Shown one piece after another: positions 51,190-64,000 of a stretch of DNA of 64,000 bases. The stretch lies in NCBI RefSeq assembly GCF_018350175.1, contig NC_058368.1, positions 167,154,001-167,218,000 of the forward strand, written 5' to 3'. The translations under genes and the position numbers were made by a program. Numbering within the stretch: the stretch's first letter is position 1; every line of letters starts with the position of its first letter. This stretch comes from Felis catus. Taxonomy: Eukaryota. The notes under the pieces were generated by a model, which saw only the letters and a list, made by a program, of their open reading frames with translations, made no database searches and was not told where the DNA came from.

Positions 51190-53400
51190 CCTTTATTCAA
51201 CCAGTGCCGATTGAATGTCTAACGTGTCACTCAGGGCTGTTGTTACCATTTACCAAAACTGTTGTTCTTAGCACTCAGAATACAGCAGTGGACTGGTGGT
51301 CTGGTGGAGCTGAAATATTCAAATTGAGGAATCAGACAATAGACAAAATCAATAATAAAATACAGAGCCTACTAATAGGTGCTAATTGGTTTGCAAAAAA
51401 AGAGTACAGTCAAATGTCTTAGTCAAGTTTACCTTTGTGAAGGAGATAGAGATAAGGAGGGATTACCATTGTAAATAGAGTGGTCGAAGTGAGGTGAGAG
51501 GGTGTTTTACCAATATTTGTAAGCAAAGTATTCGGGCAGAGAGAAAAGCCAGTGCAAGTGCCCTGAGAAAGGAGTGAGCCTAACATACTCAAAGAAAATC
51601 AAGGGCACCAGTATGGCTAGAGAACGAGTGTGCAATAGAAAAAAGTCCAAGAAGTTAGAGAGGAAAGTGGCCTCAACTATAATTATTATTTGGCTTCCAT
51701 TTGAGTGACACTGGATGTGAACAGAGGCATAACAGCATCTTAGTTAAGTTTTAAGTGGATTACTTGGAATACTGTGTTGAGGACAGACTGAGGGAGGCAG
51801 GGGTAGGAGCAATAAAGCCAGTTAGGAGGCATTTGCAAAAATGAAGACAAGAGATGATGGTAGCTTGGACCTGGATGGCATCAGAAGAGGTACTGAGCGA
51901 GAAGTAGTTGGGTTCTGGAAATATTTTGAAGATGAAGTCAGTAGGGTTTTCTGATGGAATGGCATGAATGTACTACATAAGGAGAAAGGGGAACCAAGAA
52001 TAATTTCAGGTTTTCTGGTGTGTTTTTTTTTCTTATTTGTTTTTGTTTGTTTTTTTTTTAGAAACTAGAGATAGGGAAGAGTGTGGATAGAATGAGTTTT
52101 CGAGGGAAGTCAAGTGTTTTGCATGATTAGTGTGTTGTGGGTATTACACATCTGAGTAGAGATGTTAATAAGCAATTGAATATGTGAGTCTAAATTGAGT
52201 TTTACTTGGGAGATATAAAGTTGGGAGCAGTCAATGTGAATGTGACATTAAAAAGATACTCAAATTACTTACACAACTCAACACCAAAAAAACAAATAAT
52301 CCAGTAAAAATTGGATACAAGACATGAACAGACATTTTTCCCCAAAGAAGACATACAGATGGCCAACAGACATGAAAAGATTCTCAACTTTACTCATCAT
52401 CAGAGAAATGCAAATCAAACCCACAAAATATCACTTTGCACCTGTCAGATTGGCTAAAATCAAAAACACAAGGAAGAATAACTGTTGGCAGGATGTGGAG
52501 AAAAAGAAATCCTCATGCATTATTGGTAGGAAAGTTGGTTCAACCACTGTGGAAAACAGTATGGAGGTTCCTCACAAAATTAAAAATAGAATTGCCATAT
52601 GATCCAGTAATTCCACTATGGAGTATTTCCCCAAAGAAAACAAAACACTAATTTGAGTATGCACACCTATATATATTGCAGCATTATTTGTAATAGCCAC
52701 GTTATGGAAGCAACTCAAGTGTCCATAAATAGATAACTGGATAAGAAGATATGGTATGTACATACAATGAAATATTACTCAGCCATAAAAAAGTAGTATC
52801 TTGATATTTGCAACAACATGGATGGACCTAGAGGGTATAATGCTAAGTGAAATAAGTTAGAGAAAGAAAGACAAATACCGTATTATTTCACTCATATGTG
52901 GAATTTAAGAAACAAAACAAAGTACAAAGAAAAAAAGGAGACAAAAAACAGCAACAAGTCCTAATTATAGAGGACAAACTGATGGTTACCAGAGGGACAG
53001 TGGGTAGGAAATAGGTAAAGGGGATTAAGAGTACACTTATGATGAGCATTGAGTAATGTACAGAATTGCTGAACCACTATATTGTGCACCTGAAACTAAT
53101 ACAACACTGTACTTTCATTATACTGGGATTTAATTAATTAATCCATTTTTTTAAAGATATTCATATTAAAAAAAGAGACAAAGGGAGTGCAGATAAAGGA
53201 GAGTTCCAAGAAGGAAGCCTTGGCATACTTTGATATTAAGAAGATGGGAAGATGAACAGGAATTAGGTGTGAGATAAGTGACCACTATGGTAGGAGGAAT
53301 ATCAGAAGCCAGGTGCAAAACTTATTTCAAAAAATGGAGGATTATCAATGTCTGGTACTGTTGATAACTGTTAATGACCAGGTACAGCAGTAGGTGACTA
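51190..53400 (-). mobile_element. L2 element (long fragment) interrupted by an L1 3' end
   Basis: 'gccagtgcaagtgccctgag', 'gagatgatggtagcttggacc', 'gagatgttaataagcaattgaatatgtgagtct'; resumes after 53163. Confidence 0.85.
52263..53152 (+). mobile_element. Carnivore L1, 5'-truncated 3' end
   Basis: ORF2 C-terminus remnants (REMQIK, LVQPLWKTVWRFL.KLKIELPYDP) plus 3' UTR 'cacctgaaactaat'; TSD aaagatactca (52252-52262) / aaagatattca (53153-53163). Confidence 0.93.
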
Positions 53401-53514
53401 CGGTCAGATCACCTGGTATCCAGCCTAAGTTGATGTGTTTCTGAAGTTCAGACTAAAGATGATATCAGCAATCAAAAAAGAGAAGTGCTAAGAATAACAA
53501 GAGTAATATATTAC

Positions 53515-53740
53515 ACTATATTCTCACTATTTGCCAGGCATTTTACCATTTTACAATCACAACCTCATTCAGTACTCTCAAAAACACTTTTAAGTAAAGA
53601 TTATTTCCTGCTTTTTACAGTAGAGATCCTAAGGCTCAGATAGTTCTTGTGATTTTCCTGAGGTCACACAACTATTCAGAAGAGGACCTGGGACACAAAA
53701 CAGGATAAGACACCGCACTGTGCTTGGAACCATTATGCCA
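53515..53740 (-). mobile_element. MIR SINE
   Basis: 'actatttgccaggca...ttttacagtagagatcctaaggctcaga...cctgaggtcacacaacta'. Confidence 0.8.
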
Positions 53741-54114
53741 CAGTAGTGCCACCTCATGCTGCAGTCTTTATTATTCTGAAGTTCCAACTGTTAAAGAGCT
53801 TTAATGACTTTGAGTAAAAAACTTACACAAAAGAAGGAAAAATGGCAACTGCATAACTAGTGACAGAATTTTTTCTAAATTAGACCAACCATTGCAACCT
53901 GAGTCATGGACCCATTTTTTTACACAGTGCTACATTCAGAGAGAAATTCAATCCCAGAAATATTGAAAAATAATACAGATTTTTTAGTCATAATTTCTTA
54001 AAACTGAAGTATAGGGGTGTCAGAGACAGGGGATACATAGCATTCAACATAAAATACTTTCTAAATACCTTATTTGATGAGTTTCCCTGTATCTCAAATT
54101 TATAACTACTTTTC

Positions 54115-54354
54115 TTCCTGTCTTTCTTTCTTGCTTGCTTGCTTGCTTGCTTTTAATGTTTATTTATTTTTGAGAGAGAGAAAGACAGAGCGTGAGTGGG
54201 GGAGGGACAGAGAGAGAGACACACAGAATCCGAAGCAGGCTCCAGGCTTTGAGCTGTCAGCACAGAGCCCAGCGTGGGCTTGAACTCATGAACTGTGAGA
54301 TCATGAGCTGAGTTGAAGTTGGATGCTTAACTGACTGAGCCACCCACGTGCCCC
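54115..54354 (-). mobile_element. Can-SINE (SINEC_Fc type), tail decayed to (GCTT)n
   Basis: Reverse-complement SINE; degenerate TSD ataactacttttct / acaactacctttct. Confidence 0.96.
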
Positions 54355-54439
54355 ACAACTACCTTTCTCATAATAATCAACTCTGGCACTCTGCCCCCCT
54401 GAAACCCTGATGAAGAAATTGTCTGCCACATTTGTGAAG

Positions 54440-54650
54440 CAGAACAGCATACTAAAAGCACAGGCTGAGTCACTGAGCCCTGCTTTGGGAGATCTTTACG
54501 TCTCTGTGCCTCAGTTTCTCCATCTACAAAATGTAGTCATGATGGTATCTCACCCTAGGGTTATTGTGTAGATTAAATAAATCATCATATGTAAGCATTT
54601 AAAACAGTGCCCATCACACGGCAGATGCAAAATAAGCGTTAGCTAGTATG
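54440..54650 (+). mobile_element. MIR SINE
   Basis: 'tctctgtgcctcagtttctccatctacaaaatg...agggttattgtgtagattaaa...gcatttaaaacagtgcc'. Confidence 0.85.
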
Positions 54651-55453
54651 TATTGTTACAGCATCTCTCTGGTTGTGTCATGGTAGTATTCTGCAAAGAC
54701 AATCCCAATCTCTATATGTGCTACCCTGGGACTCTTCCTATTCACATTATGAAATCTCATACTCAGTTTCTGGATTCCCCTTCCTTTCCTGAGCTGTTCA
54801 TGATTCCTCTCGGGCACTGTGACCCTTTGAAGCTCCTCTTAGCATGTCCAGAAGCAAAACTTGTCAGCTTTCTGAGGAAGTGCAATCCTCCTGCAGAGTC
54901 AGTGTTGCTAGTTAATAGAAGGAAAAAGGTGTATTCACTTAACTCATTCCCTTGGGGAGCTGACAGCCACTCAAAGCTTTTTCTAAAACAACAAAAACAA
55001 AGATAGGATCATCTCTTGTCCTCCCCCAGCCCAAATTTCTGAGCAACCTCTGTGCCCTAAGGTCTGCAAAACCCTGAGGAGTGGATGGCTAGAGAAGCAA
55101 AGCAACTTTGTTTATTATCACCGTGCCTGTCCTGAAACAAACAAGGAGGCAAGTCTCAAACCTGATCATAACCAGCCTCTTCAGGGTTTGCAATCTGCTT
55201 GTCCAGGCCCAAGTAGACCTTATTTGTGGGGAATCAGACTCTGTGAAACTAAAGCATTAAGTGTATCATTCCAGCTTCCCAAATCATGTCAGCATCTCAG
55301 GCCTTTGTGTTCCTGGAGGTTTGCTAGAGTTGCCTCTTTTTCCTCCAGGAAAAATTGTGATGGCTCCTTGATTTGGTAATAAAATCCAAACAAGTTGCCT
55401 ATTGAATAGTAAATCTGCTTCAAGAGTCAAATTGACCATGCCTGCTTCAACTT

Positions 55454-55469
55454 ACTGCCCCCTGGTGGA
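55454..55469 (-). promoter_or_regulatory. CTCF core motif
   Basis: Minus strand reads TCCACCAGGGGGCAGT, a perfect match to CCASYAGRKGGCRS. Confidence 0.6.
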
Positions 55470-55765
55470 TGGCCTGCAGTTCCAGTTGCTTCAGTCTGAA
55501 CACTGAGGTCTCACTGATTCATAGTTGTCAATTCAAAATGTGAATTTCAGCTCTTCTCTGGGGCAGTGCCTGGTGAGTTTGCATCTCTGGATAACCTGAA
55601 AGACTGTAGACTCTCACTTAGTCGGTGGCATTTCCCTGCTCTGGGGCTATTTGTCTTTGTTCTATTTTAGTGGCTTCTCTAACTACATTTAGAGACCTTT
55701 ACTCCAGTGCCTGGCATAGCACCTCCTACTAATTTCTCAAGTTTCTAAGAGAGTTGATCTCAACT

Positions 55766-55786
55766 GGGGGCGGGGGGGGGGGGGGG
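55766..55786 (+). repeat. G5-C-G15 run
   Basis: Directly visible. Confidence 0.9.
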
Positions 55787-57081
55787 TTCAAAGCCTGCTT
55801 AATTCCAGTCCCACGGTTACAGCCAAGTCCCCAGGGATTTGTTCTCGTCAACTGAGGTAACTCAAAAGCATTGAACAAGCCCAAGCATGGCTGTCACTGA
55901 CCTCTTCTTCCTTCCCAAGAGCAACTCCAATTTTCTCAGTAAATGGATGTCCACTGAATCTAAGTTAAAAATCAATTTTTAGCTTGTTTGTTCACAAGGG
56001 AATTTTTAAGGCTTTCTCTGTTGATTCTCAGCCATTAATCTCAAACCGACCAACATGCTATGGAACACAGACTAATAGCACCAGATCGAGCCCAACCAGA
56101 GGACTGTTCCTAAGCGGGCCAGATGCAACAGCCATCTTCGCTCTTAAACTGTAGCCATTACATGAACTACCGTAACTTTATCCCCTCTAAGAGCTTTATC
56201 TCTAAGAGCAATCCTTAACTGATTAGAATCTGCCCAAGAATCAATGACACAGTGAATGAATGATCCGGCTTATACATAATAATATAAGGAAATTGTTCTG
56301 TCTCCCTTCTTACCTCCCGTCTCCACCAGCAATTCACCACTCTATCCCTGTGACTTTAAGTTCTAGCTGTTGGATATTTTACTTTACCGTTTTCTTATTG
56401 CTGTCTCATGACCTTCTCATCCAGAGGCTCTTATCTCCTAAAAGATAGAGACAGAGTCCTTTCAGTCAGCTCCTCTTCTCTGGATAATTTTGCTAATACA
56501 TCATCTAAGAAAGTACCGTTGACTCTTAAGTCCTACCTGGACATTGTGTGTATTGATACAGCTCACTTCTTCGTGTTTTTGATCCAGTTCTAGAACTATA
56601 TGGCTTACTCCTAAATCTCTCCAAAATCTCTGCATCTACCTTTCCCTATTACAGATACATTTCTATAGGCAGATATATAACACAAGAGAAGGAACATTCC
56701 TATATGTCTGTATTTTGTTTACTTGAAATAACTATACAGTCCAAATTGTATAATATTTACTTCCATATAATAACAAAACATAAATGATCGTAGTGAAGAT
56801 GCACTTTTAACCTATTTCTAGAGTAATGATTTATATCCAAAACCCATATATAGCCTAGATATATAGCTCACTCCCACTTGGACTGGTCTCTGAATGGGAT
56901 TACATTAAATGAAACAGCACTCTAGCCACAGACGGGCTAAAGTATTACATAAATCTTGATTGTGAATTGCCTTTAATAGGTAATGTGGAGAATTTACACA
57001 AATGTCACAGGAATTCTTCCTAAAAATTATTTTTGGATGTCTTTCACTGTAGTTCTCCCTCTCATGGGAGTTGCCTCTTCC

Positions 57082-57120
<39 letters not shown>
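57082..57120. repeat. (TCTA)n microsatellite
   Basis: Directly visible. Confidence 0.97.
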
Positions 57121-59899
57121 CTCCATGCTCACCTCCTGCCATGTTCTTCTCCTTCTTACTCTGCCCAGCATAGTTGACATGTCTAGAGCTCCCAACATGT
57201 GAATCCCCATACCTTTTGCAGTACCCATGGAGGAGAGTTTGTCTTCTGCTCAGAATGCTTTTGCTCATAATAGCTTTCACAGGGATCTTGTTGAATAAAA
57301 ATACAAATTTGCCACCTTGTTAAACTTTAAGTTTATGAAGTATACAGTCATTCACCTAGCCACTGAAATTGTTCTACAAATAGAAATTATTTTCAGTCAC
57401 TTCCTCTGAATGTCTCCTTCTTATTTTAAGCTACAGTATCAATTTAAGATGGTCCTAGATGGGGGAAAGATAAGAACAAATAGTTGGCAACAGGCAATCT
57501 CTATCATTGGAAATACAAATGAATGCAAAAGCTATTTTAGATGAGCAGATGATAATTGAAGTATAATAATATATCTTACCTAGAGTATACGTGTGTGTGT
57601 GTGCGTGTGTGTGTATGTTTATGTACGTGTATTTTACCAATATAGAGTTTCTATTCCTGTATCTCCTCCACATTTCTGTTTGTTCACTTACATCTTCACA
57701 TTTGAGAATACTTATGCCTGGTGCTGTATTCCTGACCCTCTACAGGATTTCATGGCCTTGAGGGCCAATTTTCAGTGACCAATGCATCTTGTCGGAGTAG
57801 GTCTGAGACTAGGGTCTGAGAAGAATACTAAGAACTTTGATGGATTATCACTAAAACTCAACCTTGCTGAAAAGTTATAAATCTTAAACTTCCCTCAGGC
57901 TTAGATGGGACTGATTTCTAGAAGGATCATCAAAGTCACACCAAGCTGTCCTGAGCCCTAAAAAGTACATTAAAAAGGGCATCAGCTACCAAAAATGTAA
58001 ACAAGTGTAATACACATTCCAGGCGTATGAAGTTCAGGCACTAATCATCTCAGATAAATGATAAACAAATGATGAGTTACATGTAAATCAACAGTGTTGT
58101 CAAAACATTGCCCTTTTAATCCCAGATAAATGATGAAGTTTATAAAAGGAGATTTTTGAGGGTCGTGGAAGATTGTTTAAACATACGTGGAGAGTGGTTT
58201 AAGTGCTAATCCATTGCCATTTATGTAAACTGCATTTCTATCATCAGTCTCTGCTGCATAAAATTGCCTCATCATTTTATAAATCCATAGACCTAGCTGA
58301 AACTAGTCCCTGCTGGAAACAAATTTTTCACATTAAGCTTGAAAGTTTTAAAATCCCCTCTACATACACACAGTGACACAGTCTTGAAAACCTCAGCTCA
58401 AGACACGACAAAGTTTAAAGCACTTCGCAACTTTTATAGGGTGTCACCCTCTATCCAACTCTAAAAGATCTAACGATACAGAAATGCTTCCACATCAAGA
58501 TGTTTCACAAGATACTTTATAAATGAATCTGGATTCTACTGAAGCTGTTACACATCTGCTTTGCTTTACCGATGAAGAACACAAACATGTTGATGGTTTC
58601 AGTCCAAACCCTTTTTGCAAGCAAGAAGGAAATGCAGAATGTTCAGCTAATTGCTAAGAGGAAATCCATATGTGTTATTTGCTTTCCATGAAAGGACAGG
58701 TCCTCCTGCTATTTAATTGATGAAACGTTGTATGCAAAACTGACAGTGATTAATACCGTTCTAAGATGCCATTTTAAGAGCTGTAAGTGTAATGCTCTGG
58801 AATATGTTCTTTGACATTTACATTGCTATTTCCTAGGTATAAAATCTAGTTCTTGCCTTAAGCATTTATATTGGGGTAAAAATGTTAAGTAATTTCAAAT
58901 GGCAGTGTCTTCCTAAGGAGCCAATCTTTAAAAAGCCAGGAGCTGATCACTTTTTGTTCTGAGTTCCTTATTAAAAACAAACAAACAAACAAACAAACAT
59001 TGTGCTACACATTCATTTTGAAATATTTATCAAGCACCCAGAGGATATTTTATGTGATTTCTCCTTGATGTGCCCCTTCCCATGATGAGGCTCCATGGGC
59101 ATTGAATGCCCCAAATCCAAGGGGCACGTGGTATAGTGAATGAATTCTTAGCAGGTTCTTCCATCCACGGTCCTCTCTCTACACACACACATAGAACTCA
59201 GCTGGGAAGTCTGCACTACATACAGTGAGCCTCAAGACAATACACAATGGCTCTCACATTTCCTTATTTGATGCAGTCTGGAAAGGAGGTAGGGTTCAAG
59301 CCTGAGTTTTCTTTTGTAATCTCAAGCATAGAGAAGGATAAGAAAGGCTTGTTTTTCTTCAAAGGATTCACAGTTCATTATACTTAAGCTTTCCACAGTC
59401 CTGTGACCTCTCAGACTCCCTCCTCACCCGGTGTATTACTGCCATCCTGAATCACTTATATCTAACAGAGATAACAAAGTCTCTTTTGCATCTGCCTTAG
59501 ACATTATTCCTGACACCACAAGTATTCAGACACCAGAATTTTACAAAAACAAACCACACAAAATAAATCCAACAGACCCATTTTGTGAGTGTCTTGATAA
59601 GAGGACCTGTCATTCTTTGCTCTGTATTTTCTATTCCTCATAGAGAGATGAAGGCAGACACCACAAAGGCAAATATTTTTAGGGGCTAAGAAAGTAAATA
59701 CAATAGGAGAAGAAAGCAAGGTGACACGGGCACAATGTTAAAGATTTCTAACACTATCTTTAAAATAGCAAAATTGCAAACAGGATGAGTGGCAATTAAC
59801 ACTGGTCTCAGTAACAGAGAATTCACAGGGATTCTTGGAGCCTGGGCTGAACTTGTTGATTTAAAAGGACAGCAGCTATGAAGCTCCATCAGTTGTTTT

Positions 59900-60135
59900 G
59901 CAGGAAAGAATATAAGCCCAGTATTGCCAGAATTTGCAGTTTCCCAAGAAGCTGGAAATTAAGATTTTTATGTGAATTCTCCCAATTTTTAAGTTTGTGA
60001 GTGATGACAATGAACTCAGCTCAAAGAGGAGGAAAAAAAAAACAGTCATTTGGTGGAGTATAAACGTTCAGGCTAAACAAAATCTCATCTGCGAACCAGA
60101 TCATCTCCAAAGGCTGAGAGTTTGCACCTCTAGTC
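59900..60135. mobile_element. MER102-like hAT-Charlie fossil
   Basis: 'ccagtattgccaga...agaagctggaaattaagatttttatgtgaattctcccaatttttaa...aaacaaaatctcatctg...gtttgcacctct'. Confidence 0.65.
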
Positions 60136-63100
60136 TTGGCAGTGCTCAGAAATTTTTTTTCTGCTTTTAATTCAAGCACAAGATTTACTACTATTTAAAC
60201 TAAGGTTTTGATGCTGAGAACACTTCCAAAAGCTAAATCCAGAGGTCTGCTATTTAAGTCTGCACTGACATCCCTTGTCAGAACCAGACTCTGTAAAGAC
60301 CCAAAGGAAACTAATTCTCTTGTCACCTATCATTTATCTTGAACACTGGAGGATGGAATCCATGATATCTGATATAATACCAATAACCAACTGCAGATCA
60401 ATTCAACTTCCATCCACTAAACTCTCCAGCTATCCAGAAGTTCTCCAAGACAGAAAACAATCATAAGGAAAGATGAAAGACAGGTTGTGGTGATAATAAA
60501 AATCAGAAATGGCAGCGAAGGCCCAGTAAGCATTATGAGATTTAGAGAAACAGAAGGATTAGTTTAGGGGCAATGAAAGCAGTGAGATGGTGGCAATTTA
60601 AGCAATTGAACAACTACATAGCATGGAAGCCAGTGCTTTTATGGGCCACCAACCAACTGAAACTTCCTCCTCCTTTCGATGTCTAGGCACATAAGACTGT
60701 TTCCTACCGTATCCTGCTTTACTGCCTTAGAGTCCCTGATGCTGACAAACAGACTCACCCTTACCCCACACGCATTCTGAGTTTAAGGACTGAGAAATTA
60801 GCTTTGCAAAAACCAGCAAAAGTCTTCTGTGCCAGTTTTAGCTCTATTCAGAAGACGATGACCAGAGGAAAAAGTAAAATCCTCTATCCAAAACCCTCTC
60901 CTTGCTAATAGGAGAGCCACAGACTGCCAGCTGTCTTGTGCCAACCACTTCATGGTTTGTCTTTGACAGATCAGTATCAAACCAAATAGCTATAGGCCAA
61001 CCAATTGCCAAAAAAAAAAAAAAAAGGAGAGACCAAGAGATTCATGCCTGCTGGTGAAAACTTAAACAGGCATGTGGGTAATATGAGTATGACAAGCTGG
61101 CAGCCCACAGCCTTTTTGAAGTGAAGAGCAAACAAGTTGAGGATTTTTATAATGTGGGCTTTGTCCGGTAATTCAGCCAGAAGCTTTACCGATACAGCTG
61201 CTTCCAAAAACTAAAACACATGGGGCAAAAGCATTGCAACTTAAAGCAAACAAGATTCGCAGCCAGGACCAGCATTCCCAACAGCTGAGGAGTAGACACG
61301 CTCTGCCACTAAAAATAAAGTACTGGCCAGATTTTGAATGTCTCCTAGACAGACCAAAAGCAAATGATGATGGACAATTATAAACTGTAAAAAGAACAAC
61401 TAAAAGAGACTATTATCAGTGTTTGAAGTAGCAGCTAACAGAAAGCCCTTTGGGGTGGAATTCGAGGGTCAGAAGGGACATCTGGGAAAGGGAGATGTCC
61501 GTTATGAAAAAAATGCTTAAAGTAAAAGAACAAAGATACCACAATTATTTTCTTGTGAAATATGTAGCATACTCTACCCTTACTTTCAGGAAATATGTAT
61601 TTATTTATAGATAAACATAGATATCTTACAATCCAACAAAGATAAACAGACTTCTATGGTAAAAGAATATGCAATTCTAAAGTCTGCATTCAAAACAAAG
61701 GTTACCTCTTTCCATTTTTGTTTGTATTATTCTTCACAAATTTGTTTTTCCCTGCAGCCCCTTTTCAAGGAGCCACATCCCCTAATAGCGTATCAGCCTT
61801 CAGCCTGATTGAATTTGAACCTTCAGGGGCACAAGGAACTGAAGAGGCTCCATCACTCCCGTTGAAGGGAAACTGTCCCTGTTATAACACTAGATCACAA
61901 ACATAAAGAATAAATAAGTTCTCAAATGTTAGGTTGTAATTGCTCAAAACCCAGAATACTAGAGAAAAACCAGGCTAAGGAAGTGCTTAAGTTCCTCCAA
62001 AATGGGTCAGTGATCTCTCTAATCAAAAGGAGAAACTCTTCATCTTTCAACAGGTACCCCCCAAAGCTTTAAATCTTCTGGACAACTAAGTGATGTGCAC
62101 TACAAGGTAGGCAGATTAGGAGGGTGTGAAGGGCTGTGTCAGCCAGCAGTGCATTCTTATGGGGGTGTAACTTGTGTTCCTACATCTATCTATACAATAG
62201 ATTCCCCATTACAGTAATTATTATGAATTATAGATAAGCACTCTGTGTGTAATGTTCTGCTCTCCATTTCCTACAAATCAAATTACCGAGGGTTATATTG
62301 GATTGTGGACATATTTAGAAAATCCTTTTATGGTTGTTTGTTAGGCTTCCTTCTGCCAAGAAACTCCAATCTCTTCTTTGACCAGATGCCCCTAACATGA
62401 CTGCCGTGAAAATGACTATGCACTGCAGAGGGGTGGTGGTGCAGGGTGGTGCCTGCTGGACCCTGGAATTACCTTCCAGATCAACTAGGGGCTGACAAAG
62501 CCATCTTGACTGGGAAACGATGAAACAATTGAACCCTAAAGTTGGGCAGATGGAAGGTATTCAGGAATCACTTGTTGAATGTCCACACTGGTTATTATCC
62601 CAAGGAGGCTGGCTACCAATAGAGACAACCTCTACTGAGAAAGGCTTCTAAACTGGACTCCTAGACGATTACAATTCTCTTTCGCAGGTACTTGACAAGG
62701 GGTATCATGGACCATGTGTGCCATTATGGGGCGGAGAAGGGGGGTGGACCCACAAATTAGGTTAAACTGCATACTGTTTGTATTATAAAGATTTAATCCC
62801 CAAATATTTAAGCTCCTTGCTCAGCTTATCAGTTCTGATTCTGGGTACCTTTGTAGCCCTTTAGATCAGTGATGAGTTGTGTGTTCATATGAACATCAGA
62901 AGCCTACCAGTAACCTATAAAGTCTTCAAGTCTAAGGGGTTGGAAGGACCAGAGCTACAGAGGAAAAAGAAGAAAACAAAAAAACCCTCCCGCGTGGAAA
63001 CCACCCACCAGTACCTGTCCTCTCTGTAAGATCCCCATGCTCCATATATAAAGTGCTCTCATCAAAACTCATGTCCTTCCTCCAAGATTGTTTTGTAAGT

Positions 63101-63169
63101 GACAGCTGATTGTCACATGCAATAAATCTTGCTATGATGTTAATGACTGGCAAAGATACTCTACAGTAA

Positions 63170-63410
63170 AAATAGCTAACATTTATTGAACACTTATGGT
63201 ATGCCAGGGACTACACTACATGCGGTGCACGTATTATTTCATGTAATCTTTTCAACAGCTTAATGAGGTTAGTAATATTATTTCTCATTCCCATCTAACA
63301 GATACGGAAAGTTAGAGCGATTGAATGCCACTTTCTTAAATTTGCTCCTGAGAAGCAGGTTCAGATCCAAGCAGTGTAGCTCTAGGACCATAACACTTAA
63401 CCACCATACA
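63170..63410 (-). mobile_element. MIR SINE
   Basis: 'atagctaacatttattgaacacttatggtatgccagg...tattatttcatgtaatcttttcaacag'. Confidence 0.88.
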
Positions 63411-63600
63411 GCAGCTTACACTCCATTGTGTAAAAACGGACATTATCTGCATTATCCTCAAAATGCTGTTACCTTAGGCCAGTGACTCTTGGATCCTCCC
63501 TGTCCCTCATCTGTAAAACTAAGGGATTGAACTATCTTAGTGGTTTTCAAGATTTAGTCAAGGTCTTTTTGGGCCTGATTAGGGTGGAAGTAAAAAGTGA

Positions 63601-63810
63601 GGGGTGCCCGGGAAGCATCTGACTTCAGCTCAGGTCATGCTCTTGCTGTTCATGAATTCGGGCCCCACATGGGGCTTTGTGCTGACAGCTCAGAGCCTGA
63701 AACCTGCTTTGGATTCCCTTTCTCCCTCTCTCTGTCTCTGCCCCTCCCTGCTCACTCTCTCTCTCTCAAAAATAAATAAACATTAAAAAAATTAAAAAAA
63801 AAAAAAAGAA
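63601..63810 (+). mobile_element. Can-SINE (SINEC_Fc type) lacking its A box
   Basis: 'ggggtgcccggg^aagcatctgacttcagctcaggtcatg...ctgacagctcagagcctg...aaaaataaataaacattaaaaaa'. Confidence 0.95.
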
Positions 63811-64000
63811 AGAAAGAGAAGGGTAGCAAAGCTTTGTCTCCTCACCCAATTTCAACCCCAGTACTTCTGCTTCTCTGTTTTTATGTGTTAGATTTAGGCA
63901 TAGTATTTCTTCTGCAGGCTGGTCCTAAATCTAAACATTTTGAAACCCACTAAAACAAAAACCATAAACTAGTGACCCATGGTCCAAATCCTGCCTTGCA

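Noticed and set aside
1..64000. Prokaryotic-type systems (CRISPR arrays, operons, defence islands) or a NUMT
   Set aside because: The sequence is mammalian repeat-rich non-coding DNA. No repeat-spacer array, long ORF or mitochondrial similarity was seen, and the direct repeats occur only in pairs.

Overview
This is mammalian non-coding DNA, AT-rich and CpG-poor, and almost certainly from a cat-family (felid) genome. It carries eight Can-SINE copies, most of the feline SINEC_Fc type, plus carnivore-type L1 3' ends. No protein-coding exon can be supported: the listed ORFs fall in repeats or microsatellites, or are short and unrecognisable. The window looks intergenic or deep-intronic. Contents: L1 fragments of several ages, L2, an L3/CR1 relic, MIRs, MaLR/ERVL LTRs, a solo ERV LTR, hAT (MER5/MER102-like) fossils, a U1 snRNA retropseudogene with a perfect 16-bp target-site duplication (TSD), many microsatellites, one consensus CTCF site and several repeat-free, motif-dense blocks that may be enhancers. 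The most notable observation is an L1MC-type element that appears broken into pieces about 25 kb apart in opposite orientations. The pieces abut in the consensus, which suggests a fossil inversion or complex rearrangement. I cannot support a novel biological system here. Repeat subfamily names come from recalled consensus sequences, and boundaries of old repeats are approximate.
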